64,000 nt of DNA from Actinomycetota bacterium (lineage in GTDB: Bacteria > Actinomycetota > UBA4738 > CALAEC01). Position numbers and translations under genes: made by a program. The DNA lies in assembly GCA_052039025.1 (NCBI GenBank), contig JBQGDK010000144.1, forward strand, positions 1,069 through 65,068, written 5' to 3'. Every line of letters begins with the position of its first letter. The first letter of the stretch is position 1. The notes beneath the pieces were generated by a model that saw only the letters and a list, made by a program, of their open reading frames with translations, did no database searches and was not told where the DNA came from. This document shows, piece after piece, positions 53,326-62,179 of this stretch.

Positions 53326-53698
53326 TCACCCCTCCAGGTGTTCGGCGACCGGGGTAACGGCCGCGTAGACGATCAGGGCCAGGATGCCGACGGCCACCAG
53401 GGCCGCGGGAATCACCACCGCGAGGCGGCGGGTTCCCAGGCCCCGTGCCGGTCGCCGGCCTCGAACGCTTCGTCGGCCTCGCGGACCAGCTCCAGGTCGA
53501 CGACCTTCGTGTCCTCCGCCTCCTGAGCGTCGTGCAGCTTGTCCTCGATGGCCTCTCGCTGCTCGGGCTGGCCCCGGAGGAGCGCGATCGCCTGCTCGAC
53601 CAGGGTCTTGGCCGGCAGGTCCTTCTCCGGGTGGGCCAGCGCGGCGTTGCCGGGAGGACCACGATGCCCACCGCAATGATCCGCCGCAGGATCCTCAC
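53326..53698 (-). pseudogene. small gene region with probable frameshifts (signal/TM N-terminus; helical segment; C-terminal TM)
   Basis: Three frames carry MRILRRIIAVGIVVLP, then NAALAHPEKDLPAKTLVEQAIALLRGQPEQREAIEDKLHDAQEAEDTKVVDLELVREADEAFEAGDRHGAWEPAASRW, then RRLAVVIPAALVAVGILALIVYAAV. No single intact ORF. Confidence 0.25.
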
Positions 53699-53699
53699 C

Positions 53700-54008
53700 T
53701 CACACGCTCCTCACGTACCGACGGACCGCCTCCAGGAGCTCCGCCGCCTTGGCCTCCCCCTCCCCGCCCCCGATCGCCTCGCGCACGCAACCGTGGACGT
53801 GGTCCTCGAGGACGAGGAGCGCTGCGGCCTCGAGACCAGCCCTGGCGGCCGAGAGCTGGTCCAGGACGTCGATGCAGTACCGTCCCTCCTCGTACATCCG
53901 CCTGATCCCCGCGACCTGTCCCTCGATCCGGTGCAGGCGGTCCGCCACCGTCTTCCCCAGGCTGTGTCGTGGGAGCTCCTGCTTCGCCACGGTCAGCTCC
54001 CTGTTCAC
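53700..54008 (-). CDS. csoR: CsoR/RcnR family metal-sensing repressor (second copy)
   Basis: VNRELTVAKQELPRHSLGKTVADRLHRIEGQVAGIRRMYEEGRYCIDVLDQ...HVHGCVREA; GTG 54008 after a ggtggaggtgg RBS; the N-terminal part of the track ORF is spurious. Confidence 0.75.
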   Translation of the reverse strand: MNRELTVAKQELPRHSLGKTVADRLHRIEGQVAGIRRMYEEGRYCIDVLDQLSAARAGLEAAALLVLEDHVHGCVREAIGGGEGEAKAAELLEAVRRYVRSV

Positions 54009-54634
54009 GTTGCCACCTCCACCTCGCTCGGTTTCAACAGGCTCAGCTTCTCCGCCAGGGAGAGCAGCTCCAGGACCGGATCGTGGAGCCGCGCCCCTGC
54101 CAGCATCGACCCGGGCTCCCGGATCCGTCGGATCACGGCCTCGGCACAGTGACGGAGGGGAACGGTGAGGCTCGCCCCGTGCGCGGATCCGCCCCGCCCG
54201 GCGAAGGCCACCACCCTGACCTCGCACGGGAGGGCGCCGGGCATCTCCATCGCCCCGCGGCCCCGGCGGCCGATCGCCTCGGCCTCCCGCTCCACCATCG
54301 CTTCGGGGCAGCACCCCACGCGCCGCAGGGCGAGCTCGATGCTCCGCCTCCGACGCAGACCGGGGTTGAGGTGCGCCGCCCCCTCCTTCACCTCGCCGAT
54401 CAGCACGTCGACCGCGCTCTCCGGCGTCCCAAGGTGCGGATCCGTCCCTACGAACGCCTCGGTCGTCCGCTCGAGAATGGCATCGGGAGGGCGAGGGAAC
54501 CGCACGGCGATGATGTCGACGTCGGTGACGTCCCGGTAGCCGTGTCGTTCCTCCTCGCGGACCGGCAGCTCGGCCAGGACGAAGTACCCCTGGAGCTCGA
54601 GGTAGGCTTTCACCAGCCCGACCGCCGCGTCCAT
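54005..54634 (-). CDS. hypothetical protein, possible PD-(D/E)xK nuclease-like fold
   Basis: MDAAVGLVKAYLELQGYFVLAELPV...DVTDVDIIAV...LIGEVKEG (D...E.K pattern); start overlaps the ABC stop and its stop overlaps the csoR start. Confidence 0.35.
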   Translation of the reverse strand: MDAAVGLVKAYLELQGYFVLAELPVREEERHGYRDVTDVDIIAVRFPRPPDAILERTTEAFVGTDPHLGTPESAVDVLIGEVKEGAAHLNPGLRRRRSIELALRRVGCCPEAMVEREAEAIGRRGRGAMEMPGALPCEVRVVAFAGRGGSAHGASLTVPLRHCAEAVIRRIREPGSMLAGARLHDPVLELLSLAEKLSLLKPSEVEVAT

Positions 54635-54635
54635 C

Positions 54636-55478
54636 TCAGCTCCCCACCACCGCCGGACGCTCGATGAACCGCTCCGGCCGGCCGGCGAACTCCTCACGGC
54701 ACGCCGGCGAGCAGAAGAAGAAGGTCTGCCCGTCGTAGCGGAAGTGCGGTGCTCCCTCCCGGTCCACGGCCATACCGCAGACCGGATCGGTGGCCATCTC
54801 GCTCACCGACCGGAACTCCCCGTCCTCGAGCCAGAGGACCCGGTCGGCGATGTCCTCGAGGCGGGTGTCGTGGCTGACGATGACCACGCTGCGGCCCTCC
54901 TCGTCGGCGGCGCGCCTGAGCAGCCGGGCGATCTCGTGCCCGATCTTGGAGTCGAGGTTGGCGGTGGGCTCATCGGCGAGGATGACCGCCGGCTCGTTGG
55001 CGATGGCCCGGGCGATCGCCACCCGTTGTTTCTCGCCGCCAGAGAGCTTGGAGGGACGGAAATCGAGCCGCTCGCCCAGCCCGAACTCCGAGAGCAGCCC
55101 GGTGGCCCGGTCACGGGCCCGACGCCCCGAGACTCCCGCCAGGTTGAGGGCGAACTCCACGTTCTCCCGAGCAGTGAGGGCGGTGAGCAGGTTGAAGTCC
55201 TGGAACACGAAGCCGAACCGCCGCGCCCGGAACTCCGGCAGGCGGCGCTCAGGCAGGGCGGCCAGGTCCACCCCGTCCACTTCGACCCGCCCCGCGCTCG
55301 GCCGCAGCATCGCCCCGAGCATGGACAGGAGCGTGGTCTTCCCGCTCCCCGAAGGACCCATGATCAGGACCACCTCGCCGCGGCGCACCTCCAGGTCCAC
55401 GTCCCGGACCGCGCGCACCTGCACCTCGCCCTCCCCGTATACCTTCTCGAGCTTCTCGGCCTTGACGGCGATCTCGTT
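54636..55478 (-). CDS. ABC transporter ATP-binding protein (MacB/LolD-like) with C-terminal YHS/TRASH metal-binding domain
   Basis: Walker A GPSGSGKTT, LSGGEKQRVAIARA, ILADEPT; C-terminal DPVCGMAVDREGAPHFRYDGQTFFFCSPACREEF. Confidence 0.8.
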   Translation of the reverse strand, partial: NEIAVKAEKLEKVYGEGEVQVRAVRDVDLEVRRGEVVLIMGPSGSGKTTLLSMLGAMLRPSAGRVEVDGVDLAALPERRLPEFRARRFGFVFQDFNLLTALTARENVEFALNLAGVSGRRARDRATGLLSEFGLGERLDFRPSKLSGGEKQRVAIARAIANEPAVILADEPTANLDSKIGHEIARLLRRAADEEGRSVVIVSHDTRLEDIADRVLWLEDGEFRSVSEMATDPVCGMAVDREGAPHFRYDGQTFFFCSPACREEFAGRPERFIERPAVVGS

Positions 55479-56575
55479 CATCCCTGCCTCCGGAAGACCG
55501 TCGCGGGGTCCACCCGCGACACCTTGATCAGTGGGGCCACGGCCCCCACCGCGCCCAGGAGCGCCGCCCCGATCGCCGCGCGAACCACCGACCCCCACTC
55601 GACGAGCAGCGGGAAAGAGGCCCCGGTGCGCTCGACCACCCAGCCCAGCCCTACCGCTGCGAGCCAGCCGATGCCCAGGGCGAGGCCCACCGTCCACACG
55701 GCCTGGGCCAGGACGACACGCGCGAGCCGGCGCGAGGTGGCCCCCAGCGCCTTCATCACTCCGATCTCGAGGAGGCGGGACAGCGTGGCCGCGTAGAGGG
55801 TGAGCCCGATCACGGCGAGCCCGATGAGGAACGCGGCGAACGTCATGATCTGCATGAGGTCGGCACTCATGTCCTCGATCCCTTGCCGCTCCTCGGCGGA
55901 GAACTGGGCCCGGGTCTGAACGGTGAGCCCAGTGGCGGCCTCGATCTGGCTCGCCACGCCGGCCTTGGCTCCCACTAGCAGGTAGCTGGTCGCATCCGGC
56001 ACGCCCCTGGCCGCGGCGAAGTCATCGAACGGCACGTACGAAACGCTGTTGACGATGTTGGTCATTTCGGTGGTCACCCCGGACACTCGCCAGGAGCGAT
56101 CGAGGATCCGGACCTCGTCGCCGAGGCCGACGCCGAGCGTGGATGCGGCGTCCTCGTCGAGAACGATCTGGCCGGGGCCGGGTTCGGTCCCCGAGGCGAA
56201 GCCGACGGGGCCGCCCCTCCGGCCGGGGACGTATCCGATGATGTAGGTGAGCTGGCGCTTCCCGGCCGCCAGGACCGCTCCCGTGTCGTACAGGATCGGG
56301 TCGGCCCACCCGACGCCGGGGATCGCCCGGACCTCCTCGAGCGAGGACGCAGGGATGGTGGAGGACGACATGTGCATCGTCCTCACCCCTCGTTGGGAGA
56401 CGAACAGGTCGGCGCCTGAGGTGTCGATGTACCTGGTCACCTCGCGCATCGCGCCGGCGAAGATGCCGTCGAGGGCGAGCACCAGCAGGAGCGCGGCGCC
56501 GACCCCGGCCACCCCCAGCACGGCTCTCCGACGCTCCGAGAAGAGGTTCCGTCGCCCGACCGGCACGCTCCTCAT
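55478..56575 (-). CDS. ABC transporter permease, FtsX/MacB-like
   Basis: N-terminal TM, large periplasmic domain, three C-terminal TMs (FtsX pattern). Confidence 0.7.
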   Translation of the reverse strand: MRSVPVGRRNLFSERRRAVLGVAGVGAALLLVLALDGIFAGAMREVTRYIDTSGADLFVSQRGVRTMHMSSSTIPASSLEEVRAIPGVGWADPILYDTGAVLAAGKRQLTYIIGYVPGRRGGPVGFASGTEPGPGQIVLDEDAASTLGVGLGDEVRILDRSWRVSGVTTEMTNIVNSVSYVPFDDFAAARGVPDATSYLLVGAKAGVASQIEAATGLTVQTRAQFSAEERQGIEDMSADLMQIMTFAAFLIGLAVIGLTLYAATLSRLLEIGVMKALGATSRRLARVVLAQAVWTVGLALGIGWLAAVGLGWVVERTGASFPLLVEWGSVVRAAIGAALLGAVGAVAPLIKVSRVDPATVFRRQG

Positions 56576-56582
56576 CGCCCTA

Positions 56583-57692
56583 TCACCCCCGGTACACCGT
56601 GGCCGGGTCCAGGCGGGCGACCCGGCGGGTGGGAAGGACCGCGGCCAGGACCGCCATCACCCCAGCGGCGACAAGAGCTCCCACGAGCGCTCCCGGGGAC
56701 ATCCGGACCCACATCTGGGGCCTCACCACACCGACCAGCCACGACGCGCCCCAGAACAGCCCGAACGCCACAACGGCGGCTACCCCGGCGATGATCAGGG
56801 TCTGCCCGAGCACGATGCCGAACAGCCGTCCCCAGCGCGCTCCCATCGCCTTGGCGATCCCGTACTCACGGATCCGCTCCACGATCGCCGAGTACACCGT
56901 CAGGGCGATGATCAGGGTTCCAGCAGCGAAGGCGATCGCGAGCATCAAGCCGATCGCCCCGTTCATGATGCGGCCGAGCAGGGCCCGGTCGTTGTCCCCG
57001 AGCTCTTGCGGGGTGAGGACGGCAAGTCCCGTACGTTCCCGGATCCGCTGGGCCGCGACGCCGGAATCGTCCGCCTGCACCAGGACGTAGCTGGTGGTGC
57101 CGGGCATCAGCAGCAGCTGCTCGATGGCCGAGTGCGTCGTGAACACGAACCCGGCCATCCACGAGCGGGTCCCACCCGACATGCCGACGACCCGGAAGGG
57201 TGCGCCCATGACCTCGACCGTGTCTCCTATGGCGATCGAGTGCTGCTCGGCGACCGTCTGATCGATGACCACCTCGTCGTTCGCGCGTACCGCCCGGCCA
57301 GCCGCCATCTCCCAGGGGCCGCCCATCTCGCCCCGGAGCGATCCCACCAGGAACACGAACACCTTTCGGTCGTGGAGGTCGAGTACGGCGAAGCGAACCG
57401 CGATCGGATCCGCCCGGTCCACCCCGGGGACCGCGCGGATGGCGTCCACCGAATCCATGGGGATGACCGAGGGGACGCCGAGGAAGTTCTCGGTGCCCCG
57501 CTCCCCGACGAACAGATCCGCGCCCACGTTGTCCTCATAGGCCGAGACCTGGACGCGGAACCCGCTCCAGAGACCCTGGAGGAGGAGGATCAGAGCGAGG
57601 GCCGCCGCCACCCCGAGCACGCTCGTGAACAGCCGGCGCTTGTCGGCCGCCACGTTCCTCCGGCTGACGGGAACACCTCTGCCCAAGACCAT
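56583..57692 (-). CDS. ABC transporter permease, FtsX/MacB-like (second)
   Basis: Paralogous topology; start chosen at MVLGRGVPVSRRNVAADKRRLF (ATG 57692), which aligns with the N-terminus of the partner permease. Confidence 0.65.
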   Translation of the reverse strand: MVLGRGVPVSRRNVAADKRRLFTSVLGVAAALALILLLQGLWSGFRVQVSAYEDNVGADLFVGERGTENFLGVPSVIPMDSVDAIRAVPGVDRADPIAVRFAVLDLHDRKVFVFLVGSLRGEMGGPWEMAAGRAVRANDEVVIDQTVAEQHSIAIGDTVEVMGAPFRVVGMSGGTRSWMAGFVFTTHSAIEQLLLMPGTTSYVLVQADDSGVAAQRIRERTGLAVLTPQELGDNDRALLGRIMNGAIGLMLAIAFAAGTLIIALTVYSAIVERIREYGIAKAMGARWGRLFGIVLGQTLIIAGVAAVVAFGLFWGASWLVGVVRPQMWVRMSPGALVGALVAAGVMAVLAAVLPTRRVARLDPATVYRG

Positions 57693-57950
57693 CACCTCGG
57701 GGACTATGCCCTCGGGGGGTACGGTACGGTCGCCACCTGGCCGGTTCATGGGCCGGACGGCCCAGCGTTTCTGGGACGCTCGGCCCCCTGGCCGGAAGCT
57801 GCTGGCGCGACGAAGGCGCTCGCCCGACTCCAGGGAACATGATCGACCGAGCCACCGTGAGGGGCAGGCCGTGGCAGCTATGTTCATGGCGCATCGAATC
57901 ACCACACGCTTGACGGCGATCGTTCAGAAACCCATGAGCCTCGAGGAGAG

Positions 57951-58436
57951 GTGATGGGAGCGGATCCGGGCTCGTTGTCGTGGACGGGTGGCGCTGCTGC
58001 ACTCCTAGCAGCGGCGACCCTTCTCGCCGGGATCGGGGGTCTTGCCACCCGCTCCTCCGGGCTGCGCCCATGGCTCGCCGTGCTGTTCGGCATCAACGCC
58101 GGAGCGGGCGATGTGTCCCCCGACACGTTGAGAGCGATCAAGCCGATCGACATCCTGCTGCTTTCCCTCGCAGGCGTCACCTTCATCGGCTTTCGGCCGG
58201 GACCCGGCACCCGTCAGGTGCCGTGGATTCCTGGCGATCGCCCTGCCATTCGCCGGCATCGTGATCCTGCTGGCCACACGCCTTGGGGGTCGCTCGGGTC
58301 TGAAGGGGGCGCCCTTGTGCTCTCCATCCTCATGCTTGTCAGCGATGCATGGACCGGCTTGGGATACGTGGGGATCGCTGCGAGCGTTCTGCTCCTCGTC
58401 GGGACCTCGGGACAAGCGGACGTCGGTCCCGAGTGA
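57951..58436 (+). CDS. hypothetical membrane protein (possibly frameshifted; alternative frame 58190..58515 is also TM-like)
   Basis: Hydrophobic segments in two overlapping frames; unresolved. Confidence 0.25.
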   Translation: MMGADPGSLSWTGGAAALLAAATLLAGIGGLATRSSGLRPWLAVLFGINAGAGDVSPDTLRAIKPIDILLLSLAGVTFIGFRPGPGTRQVPWIPGDRPAIRRHRDPAGHTPWGSLGSEGGALVLSILMLVSDAWTGLGYVGIAASVLLLVGTSGQADVGPE

Positions 58437-58596
58437 TGCGACCCTCGTCGCAACCGGCTACGTAGCGCTGATCGGCTGGTTACTCTGGATCGCGGCACGG
58501 CTGCTCGTCCCGTGACCAGCGGACTCGCGTGTCAGCACGGACCATTCGCACCGGCTCGCGGCGGCCTTCATCGAGCCTGAATGAGCACATGACCAG

Positions 58597-58634
58597 AGCA
58601 TTTCCGTGGGCGGGGACTCGAACCACCGACCGGC
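58597..58634 (-). repeat. tRNA 3'-end-like element copy D (degenerate; 2-nt deletion in T-arm)
   Basis: gtgggcggggactcgaaccaccgaccggcggatcatgag is homologous to copies A-C but cannot form a T-stem. Confidence 0.5.
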
Positions 58635-58960
58635 GGATCATGAGTCTTACGGCCTCCCGGGCTGCCCCGTCCGTCTGGCGACGCCTCGTGCCGTCCTGTC
58701 CAGGTCGGGAGCTTCTCCTGGGGACGTACGTGCCATCCGTGTTGTCCTGTGCCGTCCCGTTCGGTAGCACGGCGGGTAGCGGCGCCCCCTGCCGCCGAGG
58801 TCCCGGGGGCTCGCCGTGCGGGCACGGGTTCTAGGGTCATAAGAGGGAACTCCAGATCCTATTCCCAGCATTTCGTTGGAGGCTCCTCCAACGTCTACAT
58901 CAACGTGCGACGAAGACGTTCACCGACGCTCCATCCATGGAAGCGCGTCGTGATAGGCCT

Positions 58961-59337
58961 TCACCAGGAAGAGCCGCCACTCGCCGGCGATGCCCTTAGC
59001 TCGTGGCCTCCACGGTCTTCCAGCTCGACGCCAGACCCGACGACGAGATCCTTCACAGTGCTCGAGACGAGGGTCTCCCGGGGCCAACGAGAGCCGCGGT
59101 TCGGGCGGCGACGTGCACGGCGATCCCCCGGGTGCCTCCGTCTACCACCTCGCATTCTCCTGTGTGGAGCCCGACCCGAACCTGGATACCCAGAGTTCCG
59201 ATGGCTTCATGGATCGCCGCCGCGCAGCGGATGGCCTCGCCCCGGACCGTCAATGGTGGATACACCCCACAGGACTCAGTGAAGCCGACGCTCGACCTTG
59301 AAGCGGCCCGGTACCTTCTCGTCTGCAACCTGCCCAA
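58961..59337 (-). pseudogene. class III adenylate/guanylate cyclase catalytic-domain relic (frameshifted fragment)
   Basis: ...IQVRVGLHTGECEVVDGGTRGIAVHVAARTAAL... and ...ETLVSSTVKDLVVGSGVELEDRGGHELRA... sit in two frames; there is no N-terminal part. Confidence 0.5.
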
Positions 59338-59431
59338 GCATTCGAGCAGGGGATGTGGGCAGAGGTCCAGGTCACCTGAACCGGACTCTAGGGACGCGGG
59401 AGGCTCATGCCGGCCACACAGGTCGACCGTC

Positions 59432-60021
59432 TTACTCGACGAGCAGCCCTTCCTTCATCCCGGCCTGGTAGTGCCCAGTGATGAAGCAGCCCATCTCCCA
59501 TGTACCGATTGCGTTGGCCGGGACCGTCAGGCGCAAGGTTACGGCGGCACCAGGTGCAACCTCGATGCTGACGCCGCCTGGTTCCCCGGCGCCTTCTTCT
59601 GGCTCCAATACCCGGTATCCCGTGCCGCTCATGACCTCCGGCTCCATCATCGCCAACAGATCATCCTCATAGCCCCCGCCGGGGTGGAGGGTTCGGCCGA
59701 CCCTCCACTCGTGCACGATGTGCCCATCGTTCCGGAGCGTGACGAGGACCGGACTACCGGCCGGCAGTGGTTCAAAGGTCGGTGCGGGGTAACCCGGGGG
59801 CGGAGGGGGGGCCTCCGGGGCGAAGCTGAACTCGTTCATCAGAACGATCTGCGGCTCCGCCGCCGGCGATTCCACCTGCTCGGTCTCTTCTGCCCGGCTC
59901 GCCGCCGGTTCGGGGCCAGCAGGTTGGCAGCTAGCGCCCAGCACCGCCAACAGCGCGGCCACCCCGATCAGAAAGGCAGCTCTGGCCCACCAGTCTCCGG
60001 TGCCCCATCCCCATGTGGGCA
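59432..60021 (-). CDS. cupredoxin-like copper-binding lipoprotein/secreted protein
   Basis: Signal MPTWGWGTGDWWARAAFLIGVAALLAVLGASC; Pro-rich linker; type-1 Cu ligands HEW...GCFITGHYQAGM. Confidence 0.65.
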
Positions 60022-60426
60022 TGGCACCATAGTAACGGTCCCATGGTGGGGAGACTCGGACGTCGCGGTGGTCCTCGTTCCTGGTCGGCCCGCCGACCGC
60101 TTGTCCGCTGGTTGGCGTCCTGCCGACGGTCTGGATCCCGGGGGCCTCGCGACCGCGCTCACAGGACCGCCTTCGAGTGTTCAGCCAGCCCGTGGTTCGT
60201 CGCCTGGGCCGGGCTAAGGAGAGCCCGGAGGAGCAAGAGGGACCTTCGACCCCTCGGAGCGGGCCGGTGGGCCTGCCCCCCCGGGCGGCCGGGGACGTCG
60301 ATCCTGAGCCCTGAGCGGGGCAGGCGGCGGCCGCCCGGAGAGGAGGACGGGGAGCGGACCGGAATTTGTGCGGATCGACGAGTCGGTACAAACTGGATGG
60401 AGGCTGCCCGACCGAGAGGGGGAGAG

Positions 60427-60888
60427 ATGCGCACACGGACACGTCAGGCCGTGCTGCTGGCGGCTGTGGCCGCGGTGGCCCTGGTGGCGGGTGCCTGTGG
60501 CGGGGAGGAACCTGCCGAGGAGCCGCCCGCGGCGGAGAAGCCCGCCGAGGAGGCCGAGGAGGAGGGCCACGAGGAGGAAGCGGTCGAGGTCCCCCCTGAC
60601 GCCCAGCACATGGAGGTTGTCGGGACCGAGTTCGCTTTCGATCCCGCAGAGTTCACGGTGGAGGGCGGGATCCCCGTGGCGGTGACGTTCCACAACGAAG
60701 GTGAGGTGGACCACGACTGGGCCCTGCGCACCGCCGACGGCGAGGAGGTCGAGGACGCCCACGTACACGCGGTGCCGGGCGAGGAGACCGTGGCCGTCTT
60801 CACCCTGGAACCGGGGACGTACGAGGCGTGGTGCACACTCGCGGGGCACTACGAGGCCGGCATGAAGGGCGAGGTCGTCGCCGAGTAG
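60427..60888 (+). CDS. cupredoxin-like copper-binding lipoprotein
   Basis: MRTRTRQAVLLAAVAAVALVAGACGG (lipobox-like), Glu-rich linker, HDW...AWCTLAGHYEAGM; ATG 60427 after gagagggggagag. Confidence 0.7.
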   Translation: MRTRTRQAVLLAAVAAVALVAGACGGEEPAEEPPAAEKPAEEAEEEGHEEEAVEVPPDAQHMEVVGTEFAFDPAEFTVEGGIPVAVTFHNEGEVDHDWALRTADGEEVEDAHVHAVPGEETVAVFTLEPGTYEAWCTLAGHYEAGMKGEVVAE

Positions 60889-60917
60889 CCCGCGCGTCCG
60901 CTCGTGAGGAGGGACAG

Positions 60918-61952
60918 ATGAGACGCAGCCTTGTATCCCTGGCCGCGGGGCTGCTCGTCACGACCGCGTGCACGGGGAAGACCGGGACGGGCCAGGAGCA
61001 GGCGTCGGCCCAAACACCCGAACCGGCGACCGGGACGGACATCCGCACGCCCCCGGACATCCTGCCGGAACCGGTAGGGGACCGTCCGGCGAAGCGGGTG
61101 GTGCTGGAGCTGGAGACGCGGGAGGTCGAGGGGCAGCTTGCCGAGGGGACCACGTACGATTACTGGACCTTCGGCGGCACCGTCCCCGGCCCCATGCTCC
61201 GCGTTCGCGTGGACGACACCGTGGAGTTCCACCTGTCGAACAGCCTCGACAGCGGCCAGTCGCACTCCATCGACCTCCACGCCGTGAACGGACCGGGGGG
61301 CGGCGCCGTGGCCACCCAGGTGCCCCCCGGCGAGGAGGGGACGTTCACGTTCAAGGCCCTGAACCCCGGCCTCTACGTGTACCACTGCGCCACCCCGCAC
61401 ATCCCCAGCCACGTGGCGAACGGCATGTACGGCCTGATCCTGGTGGAGCCGGAGGGCGGCCTGGACCCGGTCGACCGGGAGTTCTACGTGATGCAGGGGG
61501 AGATCTACACGGAGCAGGAGCGCGGGACGGAGGGGCACGTGGGCTACGACGCCGAGGCTATGATGGCGGAGGATCCCACCTACGTGGTGTGGAACGGCGC
61601 GTTCCAGGGGCTCACGGAGGACCTGGCCCTCACCGCCGAGGTCGGCGACCGGATCCGCCTGTTCGTCGGCAACGGAGGGCCCAACCTGATCTCGTCCTTC
61701 CACGTGATCGGGGAGATTTTCGACGCGGTCTATCCCGAGGGCGCCTCCGAGCCCCAGCACAACGTCCAGACCACCCTGGTCCCGGCCGGCGGGGCCACCT
61801 GGGTGGAGTTCACGGTCGACGTGCCGGGGCGGTACCTGCTGGTGGACCACGCGCTCACGCGCACCCTAGACGGCGGAGCGGTCGCGTACCTCGACGTGGA
61901 AGGGCCCGAGAATCCCGACGTGTTCGAGGCCCCGCAGGGGGAAGGCGCCTGA
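60918..61952 (+). CDS. nirK: copper-containing nitrite reductase (NirK-type two-domain multicopper oxidase)
   Basis: HSIDLHA (type-2 Cu His), YVYHCATPH...HVANGMYGLILVEP (type-1 Cu Cys/His/Met); lipoprotein signal LLVTTAC; 344 aa. Confidence 0.75.
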   Translation: MRRSLVSLAAGLLVTTACTGKTGTGQEQASAQTPEPATGTDIRTPPDILPEPVGDRPAKRVVLELETREVEGQLAEGTTYDYWTFGGTVPGPMLRVRVDDTVEFHLSNSLDSGQSHSIDLHAVNGPGGGAVATQVPPGEEGTFTFKALNPGLYVYHCATPHIPSHVANGMYGLILVEPEGGLDPVDREFYVMQGEIYTEQERGTEGHVGYDAEAMMAEDPTYVVWNGAFQGLTEDLALTAEVGDRIRLFVGNGGPNLISSFHVIGEIFDAVYPEGASEPQHNVQTTLVPAGGATWVEFTVDVPGRYLLVDHALTRTLDGGAVAYLDVEGPENPDVFEAPQGEGA

Positions 61953-62179
61953 TGGAGCCGCGGGCGGCGACAGGGTGGGGCCGGGCCCTCCTGGCCGGCT
62001 CGGCGGTCCTGGTAGCGTCCGTGATCGTGCTCCTCGTGGTCCCGGACCGGCTGATGGCGTTCCTCTCCCCTCGAGTGTCCCCAGCGATCCGGGACGTGCT
62101 CGTCGTCGCGTGGGTCGGGGCCTGGCTCCTGGTCCTGACCGCGGGGATCATGGCGATCCAGCGGCGGAGGGGCGCGTAG
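61952..62179 (+). CDS. small 2-TM membrane protein coupled to nirK (75 aa)
   Basis: ATG overlaps the nirK TGA; LLAGSAVLVASVIVLLVV and VLVVAWVGAWLLVLTAGIMAI helices. Confidence 0.4.
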   Translation: MEPRAATGWGRALLAGSAVLVASVIVLLVVPDRLMAFLSPRVSPAIRDVLVVAWVGAWLLVLTAGIMAIQRRRGA

